Positions 49,125-59,821 of a stretch of DNA of 64,000 nucleotides are shown here, piece after piece. Position 1 is the first letter of the stretch. The number at the start of each line of letters is the position of its first letter. The notes beneath the pieces are model-generated. The model had not been told where the DNA came from and made no database searches. It saw only the letters and a program-made list of their open reading frames with translations. This DNA is from an uncultured Ignavibacteria bacterium. GTDB lineage: Bacteria > Bacteroidota > Ignavibacteria > Ignavibacteriales > Ignavibacteriaceae. The stretch is taken from NCBI GenBank assembly GCA_963815785.1, contig CAWFHZ010000016.1:26275-90274 (forward strand), given 5' to 3'. The position numbers and the translations under genes are program-made.

Positions 49125-50270
49125 ATGTACAAATCTACCGGGTTTTTGTACCTGTTCACTGCCATATCTCTATTTCTCTTTTCAGCACAATTAATAAATG
49201 CACAAAGTCCTGATACTTTGTTTTATGATTCATTCGAAAACATGGATAACTGGACACCGGTTGGACCATTGGGACAAATAAACTGGTCTGTAGAAAATTC
49301 AAATTATGCTGGCGGTCTTGCAGCACCGGAAGTCCGGTTTACATGGCAATATATTTTTGTTGGTGAATCATATCTTCTTGCAACACCTGTTTTCACCGGA
49401 ATGCAGGGACATAATATGGAATTAAAATTTAATTACTACGAAGATTACTGGTCGAATATTGTTTATGTAGGAGTTGCAATTACAGGTGATGGCGGAACGA
49501 CTTACAATTCGATTTGGGAACTGCAGGCAAGCGGCAATTCAGGTCCCGAACAAATTACAGTTGATTTTACCGGGATAGATAATATGCAGGTTGCACTCTA
49601 TTATCTTGGCGACGCAAATGATATCGATTTCTGGTATGTAGATGATTTTACTTTAATGGATATTGATGCAGTTCCGGTTGAGCTTACTTCTTTTACTGCA
49701 CAGTCAGTTGCCGGAAATGTAAATCTGGAATGGCAGACAGCAACAGAGACAAATAATAAAGGATTTGAAATTCAGAGATACGAAGTTAGTCCCCTCCAGG
49801 GAGGGGAACTGAAGGGGTGGGTAAATATAGGATTTGTTGAAGGAAATGGAACAACAACTAAATCACATTCATATAACTTTAAAGAGAGAAATGTTGAAAC
49901 AGGGACACACTCATACAGGTTAAAACAAATTGATTTTGATGGTTCGTTTGAGTATTCAGATATTGTGGATGTTAAAGTAACCAATATTCCGTTGGAGTTT
50001 TCACTTTCACAGAATTATCCAAATCCGTTTAATCCGACAACAAATATAAAATTCAGTTTACCAGTTGATTCCAGGGTAACTCTGGAAGTTTATAATATCC
50101 TTGGGCAAAAAGTGAAAACCTTAATAAGCAATGAACTAACGGCGGGAAATAATAATATTACTTTTGATGCTTCCGGTTTTAACAGCGGGGTTTATATTTA
50201 TAGAATTGAAGCAGAAGGAAATAACGGAGAAAAATTTTCAACAATTAAGAAAATGATTCTTACAAAATAA
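49125..50270 (+). CDS. secreted protein with a T9SS C-terminal sorting domain; carries an in-frame palindromic element
   Basis: It has a signal peptide. The C-terminal LSQNYPNPFNPTTNIKFSLP...VYNILGQKV...SGVYIYRI..........KKMILTK is the canonical type A CTD. The segment YEVSPLQGGELKGWV is encoded by a GC-rich hairpin element. Confidence 0.8.
   Translation: MYKSTGFLYLFTAISLFLFSAQLINAQSPDTLFYDSFENMDNWTPVGPLGQINWSVENSNYAGGLAAPEVRFTWQYIFVGESYLLATPVFTGMQGHNMELKFNYYEDYWSNIVYVGVAITGDGGTTYNSIWELQASGNSGPEQITVDFTGIDNMQVALYYLGDANDIDFWYVDDFTLMDIDAVPVELTSFTAQSVAGNVNLEWQTATETNNKGFEIQRYEVSPLQGGELKGWVNIGFVEGNGTTTKSHSYNFKERNVETGTHSYRLKQIDFDGSFEYSDIVDVKVTNIPLEFSLSQNYPNPFNPTTNIKFSLPVDSRVTLEVYNILGQKVKTLISNELTAGNNNITFDASGFNSGVYIYRIEAEGNNGEKFSTIKKMILTK
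49789..49822. repeat. GC-rich hairpin element (gtcccctccagggagggg aactgaa ggggtgggt) in frame within a CDS
   Basis: It belongs to the same family as 13544-13584 (tcccctcc..ggagggg ... ggggtgggt). The local GC spike stands out in AT-rich coding sequence. Confidence 0.7.
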
Positions 50271-50293
50271 TAACGCAAATTATTATTAGAGAA

Positions 50294-50330
50294 AAGGCCG
50301 GTTTTAATTAAGCCGGCTTTATATTTATTT
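50294..50330 (+). terminator. rho-independent terminator
   Basis: An 8-bp stem aaggccgg / ccggcttt with an 11-nt loop, followed by tatttatttt. Confidence 0.55.
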
Positions 50331-50438
50331 TATTTTTTCTTTCCTCTCCGAGGAAAATACCCTGATAAAACAAAATACCGTAAGTACTATAATCGTTCCC
50401 CATGCACTAATCAAAAATATCCAGCCGCTTATTTTCAT
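50325..50438 (-). CDS. possible 37-aa single-pass membrane peptide downstream of the TonB-dependent receptor
   Basis: My translation is MKISGWIFLISAWGTIIVLTVFCFIRVFSSERKEKIK. An aggaaa RBS lies 8 nt upstream. It falls below the ORF-track size cutoff. Confidence 0.3.
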   Translation of the reverse strand: MKISGWIFLISAWGTIIVLTVFCFIRVFSSERKEKIK

Positions 50439-50591
50439 AATATTTTCCTGCGGGAATTATATTGGTGTTAAAAAATAATAATGTTTCGGAAGAACATATC
50501 TAAGTTATATTTGAGAATCAAGATTGATTAGATGGGTAGTCGGATTTATAAAAGGACAGGATTACTCCTGTCCTTTTAAAACTAAATTGGA

Positions 50592-52721
50592 TTACAGCAT
50601 TATTCTGATACTGCCGAAAAATTCTCTTCCTGCACCCGGCTGGTAGGCATTACCTCCCGGATCGGGTTCTGTAAATGCAACATACTTCTGATCGCCGAGA
50701 TTTCTTCCCTGTAATATAATTTCTGCATTCAATCCGTTAAGAATTAAGTTATAGCCTATTCTTGCCCCGATAAGTGTATAACCAGCAGCAGCTTCACTTT
50801 CTATGTTTGCACCGTCAATAAAGGTTTTACTTTGAGTTTCGCTGTTTACTCCTATAAAGAAGTTATAAGGTAACTGGTACTTAACATCAATATATAGTTG
50901 ATGCTGTGGAGAGTTTGGCAGAAGGTTGCCATTCTCAATATATTTTACAACTGCAGGATCATCCATCAGAATACGGATGGGGGTATCGTTTGTGTATTTG
51001 AAATGTGAATATGTGTAAGCTGCCTGGATTGTTAAATCATTAGTCGGATGAACTTTGGTTGAAAATTCTATTCCTATTCTTTCACTGGATCCTACATTCC
51101 TGTAAAAGGTTTCCTGGTTTCGCAGTGAATCTGTTATGCGGTAGCGGTCAAAATCGTTCTCAGTCACTAAATAAAATCCGGTTAAATCATAATAGACAGA
51201 GTTGGCAACATAACCTCTGCACCCAAGCTCATAATCGTTTGAGGTTGACGGGACGAGATGAGTGTTAAACCCGCCGAAGTTATCAGGGTTCTGGGCAAGC
51301 TCTTCAGTTGCAGGAGGAAGAAATCCCTGTCCCCAGTCGGCATAAAGGTTAGCTTCTTCCATTAAAGAATAACTAATACCGACTTTACCGGTTGTTTTGG
51401 AAAAATCAGCATTTCCTGATGCATCATATCCCGCTTTTAATAAATCATCCAGTTCGTTGTGGATCTTATCGTAGCGCAGACTCAGGAATAAATTTGTCTT
51501 ATCACCAAGTGAAATATTATCAAAAAAGAATAAACCCAGTCCCCTCTGGTTAATTTCTTCGTTAGATAGAATTTCATTTTCAGGAACAGAATAATTATTA
51601 GCAACACGGTGTTCATTTATTTTCTGCCATTGCAGATCTGCACCCGCACTTATTTTATTTTTGAAGAAGTCTTCTTTTTTTCCGTAGCTGAATGAGTACT
51701 GGAGTGAAGTTCCCGGTGTCTGGATTGTTCTGTAATTAAAAGTATGATTATTAGCTTCCGTGAATAATGTTCTTTTATTGTAAACATAAAATTGAATTTC
51801 ATGTTTATCAAATATCATTAGTCCTGTTAAACCTGCTGTTGTTCTTTCGGTTTGAAGATATTCGTTGAAAGGAACTGCATCAGGGTTTGCCTGCTTTGGG
51901 TCTTCATTGTACTGTTGAAGATTTATGCCTTCAGGGTTCTCGTGATAGAAATTTACATATTCAACAATAGGAGTCAGTTTAATATTACTGTTGGGGATAT
52001 AAGCTGCTTTTGCATAAACATTATTCCCCCAGAAATGAGTATGCACACGGTAGCCGTCTCCCATAGTTCTTCCGAAAGAAACCCGGTAATTTATATCATT
52101 CGAATGTCCGCCAAACTGTCCGTAACCTTTCCAGAAATTATTTGAACCATATACTCCTCCTGCTTCTGCAGAGAGGGGAGTGTTGGGTGAATTTTTACTG
52201 AGTATATTTATTATTCCGCCGGAAGCACTTCCGCCGTATAAAGAAGCCGCCGGTCCCCTGAGAACTTCAATTCGTGCAATATTAGCCATGTCAATATCAA
52301 AGAAGTCCGGTGCGAAACCTGTCGGGTCGTTAATAGGTAATTCGTCTAATAGAATTTTGATTCCCCGTATTCCTCTTTCTGTCAAAATTCCAATCCCGCG
52401 TATTGAAAGGTGAAGCCTGTTTCCATTCGCCTGGTTATCTATTTTAACCCCGGGCACAATTTTCAACGCTTCATCTATTGAAACAAATCTTGGAACTGTG
52501 TTTAGAAAATCCTGTTCAACTATGCTTGTGGCAAAAGGAATTTCTTTAAGAGGAATGTTAAGTCTGGGCGCAGTTACTACCACATCCTGGGGCAGCTGGT
52601 AGGTGATTGTATCTGTTTTTGAAGTCTTATCCTGTGCGAGTGAAACAAACCCGCAGAACAGGATCCCTGATATTAATAATATTAATCTTTTCATTTTCTT
52701 TCCGAATGAATTGTAAAACAA
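50592..52721 (-). CDS. TonB-dependent outer-membrane receptor
   Basis: It has a signal peptide and a plug domain (VVVTA.R......IP...S...........V..DEAL..VPGV, IEVLRGPAS.LYG). The barrel is long, with a C-terminal aromatic-rich terminus (REFFGSIRIML). Confidence 0.85.
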   Translation of the reverse strand: MFYNSFGKKMKRLILLISGILFCGFVSLAQDKTSKTDTITYQLPQDVVVTAPRLNIPLKEIPFATSIVEQDFLNTVPRFVSIDEALKIVPGVKIDNQANGNRLHLSIRGIGILTERGIRGIKILLDELPINDPTGFAPDFFDIDMANIARIEVLRGPAASLYGGSASGGIINILSKNSPNTPLSAEAGGVYGSNNFWKGYGQFGGHSNDINYRVSFGRTMGDGYRVHTHFWGNNVYAKAAYIPNSNIKLTPIVEYVNFYHENPEGINLQQYNEDPKQANPDAVPFNEYLQTERTTAGLTGLMIFDKHEIQFYVYNKRTLFTEANNHTFNYRTIQTPGTSLQYSFSYGKKEDFFKNKISAGADLQWQKINEHRVANNYSVPENEILSNEEINQRGLGLFFFDNISLGDKTNLFLSLRYDKIHNELDDLLKAGYDASGNADFSKTTGKVGISYSLMEEANLYADWGQGFLPPATEELAQNPDNFGGFNTHLVPSTSNDYELGCRGYVANSVYYDLTGFYLVTENDFDRYRITDSLRNQETFYRNVGSSERIGIEFSTKVHPTNDLTIQAAYTYSHFKYTNDTPIRILMDDPAVVKYIENGNLLPNSPQHQLYIDVKYQLPYNFFIGVNSETQSKTFIDGANIESEAAAGYTLIGARIGYNLILNGLNAEIILQGRNLGDQKYVAFTEPDPGGNAYQPGAGREFFGSIRIML

Positions 52722-52752
52722 GTTGATTATTGGATATAAGATTAATTTTAAT

Positions 52753-53289
52753 TCAGGAAAGCTTCGGTGGCGGGACAGGTATTTTTATATCATTAAATAA
52801 TATTTTTCCGGCAGAGGCTGAAAAATAACTGCACTGGTAAAATGAAATTTCCAGGCTGAATACATTATTCACAAGCGCCTGTGAAATCAGGTTTACAATG
52901 CTTGTTTTCACTCTTGAATCGTTCAGGTTACCGCTTGCAAGCTGGTTTATTTCATCATTGAATGATTTTACAATTTTTTCTTCGGCTATATCATTTAAGA
53001 CTGATAAAATAAAGCAATCGTCCGATTCTTCAATACTCAAAATATCATATAATCTTCCCCTGTATTCAAACTCATTTTCGTCACTCCATATGAATCCATT
53101 TATGGTTTTATTAAAACAGTCTTTTTTTATTCTAAACTTTTCAATCTTATCTGATATGAAATTACCTTCCTTTATGTTCGAAAGGATTTCCTGTTTAACT
53201 GATTTCTGCACCTGGTAAAAAATGACGATAAATCCCCCTGAGTTAATGAAAAGTAAAATGGCGAGCAATATGGTGATGCACTTCTTCAA
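52753..53289 (-). CDS. hypothetical membrane-anchored protein
   Basis: 178 aa with an N-terminal TM helix. It lies upstream of the receptor and is co-oriented with it. Confidence 0.5.
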   Translation of the reverse strand: MKKCITILLAILLFINSGGFIVIFYQVQKSVKQEILSNIKEGNFISDKIEKFRIKKDCFNKTINGFIWSDENEFEYRGRLYDILSIEESDDCFILSVLNDIAEEKIVKSFNDEINQLASGNLNDSRVKTSIVNLISQALVNNVFSLEISFYQCSYFSASAGKILFNDIKIPVPPPKLS

Positions 53290-53597
53290 TAATATTCATT
53301 TTTGTGCTTAACAAAAATACATAATCTGAATTATTAATACAGTATTATATTAATCCTTTTATTTCCTCACTAAAAAAATGATTTTTGGAAGATATTTAAG
53401 ATTATTCTCTGAACCAGAGGAAAAATTGAAGCTTAAAAAGTTAACCTTTACAGGATTTGTACTACGGGGAGTTTTTCTTAGCACTTCACACACTTAGGAT
53501 TAGACCTTTCATGGGATAAATCACATAAGTTTTTCTTCGGGAATAAAATTGTTTTTATATTGTACTATTCAATTGAAACTGAAAAGAGAAATGCCGG

Positions 53598-54227
53598 ATG
53601 AATAAACTGCTGAAAAAAGCTTTAATCCTTGGAATAATAACTGTGGTCTATAATATTATTGAAGGGCTGGTCTCGGTTTTCTTCGGGGCAAAGGATGAAA
53701 CACTTGCTCTTCTCGGTTTTGGTATAGACAGTTTTGTAGAAGTAATTTCAGGAATAGCTATTGTTCATATGATTCTCCGGATGAAGTACTCAAAGGTAAT
53801 TTCGCGGGATAAATTTGAAAGAACAGCTTTAATAATAAACGGCTCGGCTTTTTATCTGTTAACAGCAGGATTAATTGTCGGCTCAGCGTTAAATATAATT
53901 TATAACATTAAACCGGAAACCACTTTTGCGGGAATAATAATATCGGTTATATCAATTGGAACAATGTACTACCTTATGAAAGCAAAACTGAGTGTTGGCA
54001 GAGAATTGAAATCTGACGCAATAATAGCAGACGCAAACTGTACTAAAACATGTTTCTATCTTTCTTTTATCCTGCTTGCTTCAAGCGGACTTTATGAAAT
54101 TTTTAAGATAGGATATTTCGATGTTTTAGGTTCACTTGGTATTGCATATTATGCATTCAAAGAGGGGAGAGAGTCATTCGAAAAATCACGCTCTGAGAAT
54201 TTAAGCTGTGCCTGTGATGATGACTGA
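53598..54227 (+). CDS. cation-efflux (CDF-like) transmembrane-domain protein
   Basis: 209 aa with about 5-6 TM segments. The N-terminal NIIEGLVSVFFG....LALLGFGIDSFVEV pattern is typical of CDF TM helices 1-2. The tail is Cys/Asp-rich (CACDDD). Confidence 0.55.
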   Translation: MNKLLKKALILGIITVVYNIIEGLVSVFFGAKDETLALLGFGIDSFVEVISGIAIVHMILRMKYSKVISRDKFERTALIINGSAFYLLTAGLIVGSALNIIYNIKPETTFAGIIISVISIGTMYYLMKAKLSVGRELKSDAIIADANCTKTCFYLSFILLASSGLYEIFKIGYFDVLGSLGIAYYAFKEGRESFEKSRSENLSCACDDD

Positions 54228-54237
54228 TGTAAACGGA

Positions 54238-56298
54238 TTACCATCCGCCTCCGCCTCCCCCACCGCCTCCTCCTCCGGAAGAACCGCTGCTTCCTGAACT
54301 TGAGCCCGGTGCAGTTGATGATGAAGATATTGCACCCGAAAATCCGCTGCTGAAGGATGATGTGAAACCTGATGTATCAAAACTGTTCCAGTTGGTTCCT
54401 GAATACCATGCAGGCGAATAATTTTGTTCCGCTGCTGCTTTGGCAAGTACATCGGAGAATTGTTCCGACCATTTCTGCTCAACACTTAACGCAAATGCAA
54501 ACGGCAGATATTTTTCAAAAAGTTCCGGTGTCTTTTCAACGGGAGTAAGATAATTTAACCTGTCCTTTTCTGCTGTTGAAAGATACATCTTGAATCCTTC
54601 AATTTTATCGAGCATTTTTCGTCCTAGGAGAGTAGGTGCTTTCAGCAGGTGATAAAAAAGAATGTTCAGAAAAAAGATTGCCCCGACTATTATTGCTGAA
54701 ACTAGTGAACCGGAAGTATAGAAAAAATAAATGCCTGCTATTTCCCCGATGACAAACGGTATTGCAAACAATGTTGAAAAGATTGCAGCTCCTACTACAG
54801 ACGCTTTAAATTTTCCTCCGGAAAATACCTGCCGCCATGTTTTAGATACTGCTACTAATAGTGCTCCTACTGCTAAACTCCAGATTGATATCCAGATAAG
54901 CAGAAATACCTGTTCACCGTGACCCATAGAAATACTAAAAATTAAAAAGAAAAAGGAAATGACTACACCAATAATAAACTGCTTCCTGTTTGTGAGAAAA
55001 TATGTTTTTTCAAATGAGTTCTTCAATTCTTTCTTTAAAGCACTTATCGCACTGCTGAATATTGCGTGATTTGTATTTTTTAATTCCAGTTCATATTCTT
55101 CATCTTTACCGGGATCCTCTTTAGGTATATCTTTTATTCTGTTCTGTACAGCTGATGAGATAATGCCGGATATTTTTTTTGCAAAGAAATTATTGCTGTT
55201 CTTTAAAGTGTCCAGCTTATTTAATACATCTTCAGCCTGGAAGTTGGAACCGTTTTTTGAAAAAGTTAGTTTTTCGGCAATCTTCTTTTCTTCTTTACTT
55301 AGTGATGCAGTATCACTTTTCAATCTTATTAATGAATACTTTCCGTCTTCCTCTTTTATTTTAAGGTAACCTTTCACTGCCATATTAATAATTGAAGCTG
55401 CAAATGATTTATTATCAAATCCCATTCGTTCAATATATCTTACAGCAGCAGGGGAGAGGTTGTCAGGCGGAGTAAACAAAGGAATTATAACATCTTTTTC
55501 AGGATCTTTCCCGACCTTAAACCATACAATCAGGTAGTAAAAGAAAATAATAAACAGCCCGGTAATGCCAATAATTTCACTTAAGTTATCTTCGGCAAAA
55601 TAAGAGAGCTTTTGTGTGGCTGTCGGTTCTGATACAATTCCTTTAGGGAATTCAAGTACAACTGTCAATCCTTCAAACGAACGAAGAGAATTATTAGTTT
55701 CATAATTTACTTTCCCCGGTGAAAGTAGTTTTGCAGATAAATTTCTTTCTCGCGAACCCTGCCTGCCTGTGTACCCGTAAAATTTCAAATCATTTGATGA
55801 GACTCTTTCGGGAAGAGTTATTGTTGCCGAAGCTTCTTCAATCGGGAATACCCACCCGTTGCCTGTTGCATTCCAGTAAAGCTCGTCATGGTCAGGGAAG
55901 AAGCCGAGCTGCCGGTTAGTTTTGTAAACGAGTTTGTAAGTATAATCACCGGGATCGAGATAAACATTTTTATTGCCGATATAAATTCTTATTCCGTTAC
56001 TCATAGATTCCGTATGATAATCTTCAGGCTTATTGTCCCTGTAAACTCCGAGTATATTCATATCAACTACAATTTTATTACCGTAGGAATCCTTGTAGGT
56101 TGTGGGGAAATCTCTGTAGATACCTCGCTTTATATCTATTCCAAGAGCCTTCACTTTTATTGTTTCAGTCACAAGCATCGAGGCATCTTTTTGAATTACA
56201 ATATCACTGTGGTAGGAGTATATTTTTTCCTGTGAGATGGCGGATAAAGAAGAAGTTAAAACCAGGATTACAGAAAAGGTGATTAAAATATTTTTCAT
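54238..56298 (-). CDS. DUF2207 domain membrane protein with a Ser/Gly-rich tail
   Basis: It has a signal peptide and an N-terminal extracytoplasmic domain (Y.SDI.I..D.S..VTETI.V......I.RGIYRDFP). Several TM segments follow. The C-terminus is [20 protein letters not shown]. It is paired with LemA. Confidence 0.8.
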   Translation of the reverse strand: MKNILITFSVILVLTSSLSAISQEKIYSYHSDIVIQKDASMLVTETIKVKALGIDIKRGIYRDFPTTYKDSYGNKIVVDMNILGVYRDNKPEDYHTESMSNGIRIYIGNKNVYLDPGDYTYKLVYKTNRQLGFFPDHDELYWNATGNGWVFPIEEASATITLPERVSSNDLKFYGYTGRQGSRERNLSAKLLSPGKVNYETNNSLRSFEGLTVVLEFPKGIVSEPTATQKLSYFAEDNLSEIIGITGLFIIFFYYLIVWFKVGKDPEKDVIIPLFTPPDNLSPAAVRYIERMGFDNKSFAASIINMAVKGYLKIKEEDGKYSLIRLKSDTASLSKEEKKIAEKLTFSKNGSNFQAEDVLNKLDTLKNSNNFFAKKISGIISSAVQNRIKDIPKEDPGKDEEYELELKNTNHAIFSSAISALKKELKNSFEKTYFLTNRKQFIIGVVISFFFLIFSISMGHGEQVFLLIWISIWSLAVGALLVAVSKTWRQVFSGGKFKASVVGAAIFSTLFAIPFVIGEIAGIYFFYTSGSLVSAIIVGAIFFLNILFYHLLKAPTLLGRKMLDKIEGFKMYLSTAEKDRLNYLTPVEKTPELFEKYLPFAFALSVEQKWSEQFSDVLAKAAAEQNYSPAWYSGTNWNSFDTSGFTSSFSSGFSGAISSSSTAPGSSSGSSGSSGGGGGGGGGGGW

Positions 56299-56300
56299 TT

Positions 56301-56849
56301 TCAGCTTAAACCAACCTTCGGGGTATCTCGTTCTGTGGCTAACGAAATTTCGAAGAATTCCTCTTTCTTGAAATTAAAAACCAATGCAATAATATTTGAA
56401 GGAAAAGATTCAACCTGCGTGTTGTAATCTCTTACAGCCCCGTTATAATATCTTCTTGCAAACTGTATCTGGTCTTCAACTTCAGTTAATTGTTCCTGAA
56501 GTTTAAGAAAATTCTGATTGGCTTTTAGGTCGGGATAATTTTCAACAACTGCAAACAGATTTTTAAGCATTCCCGATAATTCTGATTCCGGCTGTGCTTT
56601 TTCCCCGGGTGAGTTAAGCTGCATGGTTCTTGCTCTCTGACTGGTTATTTTCTGCAGAAGATCTTTTTCATAGTTACTGTATCCGCTTACTGTATCAACA
56701 AGATTAGGTATAAGATCGTATCGTCTTTTAAGCTGAACATCAATTCCGCTCCACGCTTCTCTAACAATATTCTTTTGTTTAATAAACCGGTTGTATATAA
56801 AAACAAACCAGAGAATTATAAATGCAATTAATATAACGGCTATTATCAT
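56301..56849 (-). CDS. lemA: LemA family protein
   Basis: It has an N-terminal TM helix. Motifs seen: [28 protein letters not shown] and [12 protein letters not shown]...E..I..AR..YN..V..YN. Confidence 0.9.
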   Translation of the reverse strand: MIIAVILIAFIILWFVFIYNRFIKQKNIVREAWSGIDVQLKRRYDLIPNLVDTVSGYSNYEKDLLQKITSQRARTMQLNSPGEKAQPESELSGMLKNLFAVVENYPDLKANQNFLKLQEQLTEVEDQIQFARRYYNGAVRDYNTQVESFPSNIIALVFNFKKEEFFEISLATERDTPKVGLS

Positions 56850-56929
56850 TTTAAAATTTCAGTCCCGGAATTAAGATTATAATTAAGAGTAATAGAATAT
56901 AATCAGAAAACTTTACAGTTTGAAAATTA

Positions 56930-57543
56930 ATAGCATGAAAGAATTCTGTGCTTTCCAAAATGCTGTTTAAGCACCTGTCATTTACTCCTATGCCGGCCAG
57001 GTTTGGCAGAATGACATAAGTTGCTCATTGTCATTTCGATCCCGGTTTATCGGGAGAGATTTCTCATCCTGTTAAACCAGGGATTCGAAATGCCACAAAC
57101 ACTGAATGTCATTTCGAGCCTGCCTATGCCGGTAGGCAGGTTTAACGAGAAATCTCCTCCTCAAATGTTTTTCTCTTTCCCCGCACATTAAAAGAATTGT
57201 GCCGTCATTTAATGTTAAAGAATTCTGTGCCTTCCAAACTTATAATTGAAAATTGATAGTTGATAACCTGACTGCCGTCAGGCAAGTTTGAAAATTCTTA
57301 ATTATTAATTGTTCATCGTTAATTGTTCATCAAGTGCTGTCATTTCGACTTGGCTGCCGGTAAGGCAGTTTCCGATTTATCGGGAGAGAAATCTCATCCT
57401 CAAATGTTTTTCTCTTTCCCCGCACATTAAAAGAATTGTGCCGTCATTTAATGTTAAAGAATTCTGTGCCTTCCAAACTTATAATTGAAAATTGATAGTT
57501 GTCAACCTGACTGCCGTCAGGCAAGTTTGATAATTAATAATTG
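56930..57543. repeat. cluster of nested palindromic units plus a 133-bp direct repeat (57160-57292 and 57399-57531)
   Basis: GTCATTTCGA-[hairpin]-GAGAAATCTC units lie at 57030-57065, 57108-57156 and 57340-57396. The two 133-bp copies are nearly identical (offset 239 bp), and each ends in the hairpin ctgactgccgtcaggcaag. Confidence 0.8.
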
Positions 57544-58140
57544 TTAATTTACAATTGTTAACTCGTTAACCCATACAAGCTCACATGCACCCCCGCCGGT
57601 ATCATCTCTTCTGAGGGAGCTCTCCCAGTGAAATCCGCCTTTGCCTTTAACAGCAACAAGAAAACCTTTCATCTCTATTATACATCCTTTATAAAGTTTG
57701 TCCAGGGTTTTTTCAATTTTATCATTTGCGGGGATGATGTGCATATTTGCACTATGTGTGCTTATTTCAGAAGCGGGTATTATGAGTGTCTTGGCTTTCC
57801 AGTGATACCACCTGTTACTCTGACTGATTTCCAGTCCGTCTATTATTACCTGGTTAGACATCTGACCCCAGCCCAAAGCAAGATCCATCGGGGACAAATC
57901 ACTTGCTTCTCCAATTGAAAAACTGTTTGTGCTTAATACAAAAGCTTTTATGCTGAAGCTTGCAAGAGGTGTAATTGTAAAATCATCTTTCTGCCAGCTG
58001 ACAGGATTATTAACTGTCACCTGCACAGGATCATCCGGTGCAAGTATGCCCGGAGGATGCTTTAATTCTTTCTCAGGCCAGAAGCTGTAAACCGCTATCG
58101 CAGTGATGAGAACTAAAAGGAAAATAAGAAATTTCTTCAT
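57544..58140 (-). CDS. hypothetical membrane-anchored/exported protein
   Basis: 198 aa with an N-terminal hydrophobic anchor. No family recognised. Confidence 0.5.
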   Translation of the reverse strand: MKKFLIFLLVLITAIAVYSFWPEKELKHPPGILAPDDPVQVTVNNPVSWQKDDFTITPLASFSIKAFVLSTNSFSIGEASDLSPMDLALGWGQMSNQVIIDGLEISQSNRWYHWKAKTLIIPASEISTHSANMHIIPANDKIEKTLDKLYKGCIIEMKGFLVAVKGKGGFHWESSLRRDDTGGGACELVWVNELTIVN

Positions 58141-58306
58141 TTCATAAATTATTTTTCCTCCCTTAACTGCACAAATGAAATGCCAGCTGCTAAGTAAAAC
58201 CAGGGAATAATATTTTTAATCTTAATTGCTGATATGTATTCCAAATACGCAATTATTACCACAGGTGCCGGTTAAATAGCTGCAAATTCCGGAAATAATC
58301 AAAAAC

Positions 58307-58837
58307 TCAGTCCTGCAGAGTCATTACAAAATCATTTGGATTATAACCATTCTTCCTGAGAATATTGTAAGCTTCATTAAGCTTTTCTTCAGGCAGCTGT
58401 TTCGTACGGCTGAGTATCCATCCGTATTTACGGTTTGGAGTACCGATAACCGCGTAATCATAATCATCACTAAGCCCTATTATCCAGTAATCTCCCCAGA
58501 AAAGATTTATCCCGAAAATGCTTACAAAACTGACTTCAAGTTTTGAATTGGATTTTTTATCTGCAACTTTTGCAATACCCTCCGATGTATTCATTTCACC
58601 ATCTTCTTCTCTGCAGCTGTTTACAACTTTAATAGTTCCGTCTTCATTTAGGGAATAATTTGCTGTTGTATTGCCAGTGCAGTTCTTCTGAAAGCGATTC
58701 GGAATTTTAGCTATTTCATACCACAGACCAATATACCTTTTAAGATCTACATGGTTAACAGTTACAGGTTCCGTGTTTTCATCCTGTGCCATAATATTAA
58801 TTGAAAGTATTAAAAAAATTACCATTATTGATTTCAT
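58307..58837 (-). CDS. blc: bacterial lipocalin (Blc-like)
   Basis: It has a signal peptide. Motifs seen: YIGLWYEIAKIPNRFQKNC, DGTIKVVNSC, YWIIGLSDDYDYAVIG.P.R.YGWILSR. Confidence 0.85.
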   Translation of the reverse strand: MKSIMVIFLILSINIMAQDENTEPVTVNHVDLKRYIGLWYEIAKIPNRFQKNCTGNTTANYSLNEDGTIKVVNSCREEDGEMNTSEGIAKVADKKSNSKLEVSFVSIFGINLFWGDYWIIGLSDDYDYAVIGTPNRKYGWILSRTKQLPEEKLNEAYNILRKNGYNPNDFVMTLQD

Positions 58838-59223
58838 ACAAATTGTTCTTCATTAATTAATAAAAGATTTTAGCTTACATCAGTTAAACACAATCAGTGC
58901 AAAAAAAATTCCATTACATTGTAAAAATAAAGAAATTCAGGTTGGAAAATTTATTAATGATTTTAATCACGGTAATTGATCATTATTATTATACCTTTGC
59001 AGCAGATTTAATAATAATTATAAGGTGTACGATGAGATTAGTCTTTACAGAATTTGTTGTACTTTTAGCCGGTGGATTAAGGAAAACGGAAGGCATTTAA
59101 TTTGAGAGCGCTACTGATTTCTTTGGTTGCCGGCGCCGATTTTTGAATATAATTTTCCATACATAATATCATAGTAATTGCCCCTTGTAATGAGGGGTTT
59201 TTACTTTTTATACACTCGGGGTG

Positions 59224-59499
59224 TTAACCCAGGTTTTTAAATATCCTGGAAATAAATGGAAGTATGAAACCTATGGATGCGATTAAAACCTCTTTGGTTC
59301 CAAAAACGAATGCGTGGCTGATGCCTGAGAAATGCATAAATGTTTCTATTAAAAAAAGAAAAAACATAAAAAAAGCAAACCCGGTAATGCCTGCATAAAA
59401 TGGCTCTATAAAATAATTATATGCTGATGATTTAACTGTTACTGATGTGCTCCCTTTTTTGTTTATAATTTTGGAATAGATCCGTAAAATTGCTTCCAT
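59224..59499 (-). CDS. small membrane protein
   Basis: 91 aa with two or three hydrophobic segments. No family recognised. Confidence 0.4.
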   Translation of the reverse strand: MEAILRIYSKIINKKGSTSVTVKSSAYNYFIEPFYAGITGFAFFMFFLFLIETFMHFSGISHAFVFGTKEVLIASIGFILPFISRIFKNLG

Positions 59500-59821
59500 A
59501 TTATCTAATCCCTATCCTGTCGGTAAATAGTTTCTGTAATTGAAAATTTAAGATACATAGTAAACAGTTCATCGTATGTGACAATTTTACAGCATCCTGA
59601 TATTTGTGATTTTTATTAATAGTTAATAGATCCTCATTGAAGCATTTCATTCTTAGTAGTGTCCTCGTTTAACTTTGAATGTGAAAATCTTTCAGTTGAA
59701 CAAATTCACAAAGTCTCGAATCATTTTAAATTTACGGCACTGTATCATCTTTTTTGTTTGGTCATTTGTTATCGTTAAACTATTTTAGATAACTTTTTAT
59801 TATTAAGGTTGCAGAATATTC

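Noticed and set aside
53440-53560. Mn-sensing yybP-ykoY-type riboswitch upstream of the CDF-like gene
   Set aside because: Only a CGGGGAGT stretch and a nearby agaccttt resemble the conserved segments. I could not assemble the four-helix architecture by eye. A cmsearch with the Rfam model would decide.
54201-54485. Track ORF of 94 aa on the minus strand overlapping the DUF2207 C-terminus
   Set aside because: It is an alternative frame of the Ser/Gly-rich tail of the 686-aa DUF2207 gene, so it is a frame shadow.
54238-56849. LemA plus DUF2207 with a poly-Gly tail as a novel system
   Set aside because: The LemA/DUF2207 gene pair, including Gly/Ser-rich C-termini, is a common conserved neighbourhood. 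Nothing about it is unusual here.
57160-57531. Possible CRISPR array
   Set aside because: There are only two long (133-bp) copies at a 239-bp offset. There are no short regular repeats with unique spacers, and no cas genes anywhere in the window.
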